Assembly: GCF_018977255.1 (NCBI RefSeq)
Contig: NW_024704750.1
Location: 9,548,001-9,612,000, forward strand
Reading direction: 5' to 3'
DNA from: Callorhinchus milii
Lineage: Eukaryota
Length of the DNA: 64,000 nucleotides
Made by a program: the position numbers and the translations under genes. Below the pieces are notes generated by a model. The model searched no databases, had not been told where the DNA came from, and saw only the letters and a program-made list of their open reading frames with translations. Below, piece after piece: positions 61,966-64,000 of this stretch (the first letter of the stretch is position 1; each line of letters starts with the position of its first letter).

Positions 61966-64000
61966 TTAGAGGTGTATAAAATTTTAAATTGAATCAAAAA
62001 AGAAAACCCAGAATCTCATGTTAAGGCCATTCGAGGAGATACAGTGATGATCAAAAGTGTTGTGTGTGACAATGGCCCTGTTTTCAAGCCTCCTTAATTA
62101 CTATATTTGCATCCTTTATTCCATTAAGTATTTTCTCTACCTCTAGATGGTCCCTCTGAAGCATCTCTTTTTAAGCCTGAAGAGCTTTATCTAATCATCA
62201 CTCTTAGCACTCAGGCTCAAGGTCTTGCTCCTCTGTAAAGCTTCTTGGACTTGTATTCATAGATTGAGAGTAATTAATGCAACAAAACTGAACCAAAATT
62301 GTAAATCTGTTTGCTTATAAAGTTTCCGCATAACTTGACATAATAGCATTTTAATTTACATTGTATCTTAATTTCACATTGTAGCATTTTAATTCTGATC
62401 AAATTTTAATGTTTTATTGCTCTGTTGCTACATACATTAGTCAAAACTCCGTAAAAAAATAGGATTATAAACTGGCCATTGAAATTCCATGAAAGTAATG
62501 AAAATTCTGGAACCCATTAGAATTAAAGGCTACTGTTCTGCCAATTCCTGCACGGAAGACAGACTGTGTGCAAGGTATGACCTTTTCACATGGTGCAACT
62601 GTTTTCAGGCTTAACATTGCATTTGCCGTTTAAGTATTTGGAAGCAGAAACTCCTATTTGTTTCATGCTTTGGTGTGACATTGGGCTTTAAAACCACCAT
62701 ATCCTTCAACATTCCGATTGTGGTACAGGACAAAATTTAAAGCATTTTTACATGTAGTCATTTTGCAGGATGGGAACAGAATGTACAGTATGCCGCATTG
62801 CATTCCTTTTCATTTATGGTACACCTGTCAATTTCCGAAATAGTACCATTTACACACATTTATTACTGTTCAACAAATGGTTAGGCACTAATATTGAAAC
62901 CAGCCCCTCGTGAGCAGATTTATTTTATCACTTTGTGCAGACAGCTGGCAACCTTTCTTTGTAATTTACTGAACTTATTGTTATACAGGTCTCACTTGTT
63001 ATTCAGGTCTCTAGTTATTTGAAAATAAAGATAATTGTCTACATGTCTAGTGGAACACAGTGCTGTATGTGTAAAGTTCCCAATTTGGTTACATAATGTA
63101 CTTGCACAGATATTTTCAAATGTATTCAGATTGTGTAAATGTACATTGCACTGGGTGAAGTTTTGGGGTGATTCTTTGACCAAGGGAGAAGTAATCCCTT
63201 TGATAATAAAGTTCCTCCACACCATTGCTAAACTTACTATCCAAAGTATGTATTGAATACAATTGGTGAGGTTGTACCTCTTGAAATGTAACTATCTGAA
63301 AAATTAGAATTGAATAAAACAGCCAAATTGATCATCTGGCCTTCGATTGTCTTCCAGTAAAGGACAAGAAAAAGAGGGGTAAACATGTTCCACTTGATTG
63401 CAGTTGATGAGGATGACTGAAAGGCTAGGAATTCCTGAGATAAAGCCATGGAAATGTCTACTCTAATCTCTTGTGGTACTCTGGATCTCATTTTCAACAT
63501 CGACTCGGGTTGATGGATCAGAATAATATGTTGAGTGAACCACAGGATATAGACTTGTGGACAAAAGCAAAAGCCAGAAATGAATGTTCTCCAGAATGCG
63601 AGTACTGGGGAATGTTGCAGGAAAATGTTGTGGAGATGAGACAATCTGGAACATAGAGTCATTCAGTGCCCTTTGTTGGAACTGGATACCCGTTGTGCTC
63701 AATCTGCTGTCCTTTACCAACATGAGCTGTTTTAGTTATTGCTTCAAGACAATTTATGGCATGGTGCCTCCTCCCAAATGGGTAATTGTGAGAACAGCAT
63801 GTTTAACATGGTAACAACCTGCACTTAAATAGCACCTTTTTGTAGGTTCTAGGATGTAATGTATTTTACATACGATAATACCTCCTGGAGCATTACAAAG
63901 AATCACAGATGGGGATAGCGGAGGAGTTTGACGATGCTGAGCAACAGCAATCAAACAGATGGACGCAATATATTATGCAGCACCAGAGGTCATCAGAGGG

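Noticed and set aside
63959-64000. MDAIYYAAPEVIRG resembling a kinase APE motif
   Set aside because: A stop codon lies six codons upstream, there is no DFG or HRD, the acceptor is weak, and the sequence is cut by the window edge; recheck with the adjacent window.

Overview
Eukaryotic (vertebrate) genomic DNA. The repeat content (tRNA-headed SINEs with L2 tails, L2 and CR1 3' ends, DeuSINE-like copies) suggests a cartilaginous fish, probably a holocephalan; this is an inference. The window holds a complete thrombospondin-1 (THBS1) gene on the minus strand: 21 coding exons between 21003 and 9460, 3507 nt, 1168 aa, all introns GT-AG and in phase. The KRFK, GVITRIR, RGD and RFYVVMWK motifs are intact. 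A probable non-coding first exon, a TATA/MCAT/CCAAT promoter and a ~2 kb 3'UTR flank the CDS. The last two coding exons of FSIP1 lie on the plus strand, convergent with THBS1 as in mammals. The remaining ~42 kb upstream is apparently gene-free, with SINE/LINE relics and candidate enhancer motif clusters. I found no convincing novel biological system. The most interesting items are a 3'UTR that appears deeply conserved and carries miR-18/miR-19/let-7 seed matches, a Penelope-type hammerhead-like insertion with flanking duplication, a complementary microsatellite pair in the 5'UTR, and a speculative decayed ZCD/KolX-like relic near the right end. Comparisons to human sequence and to repeat consensuses are from memory and need alignment.
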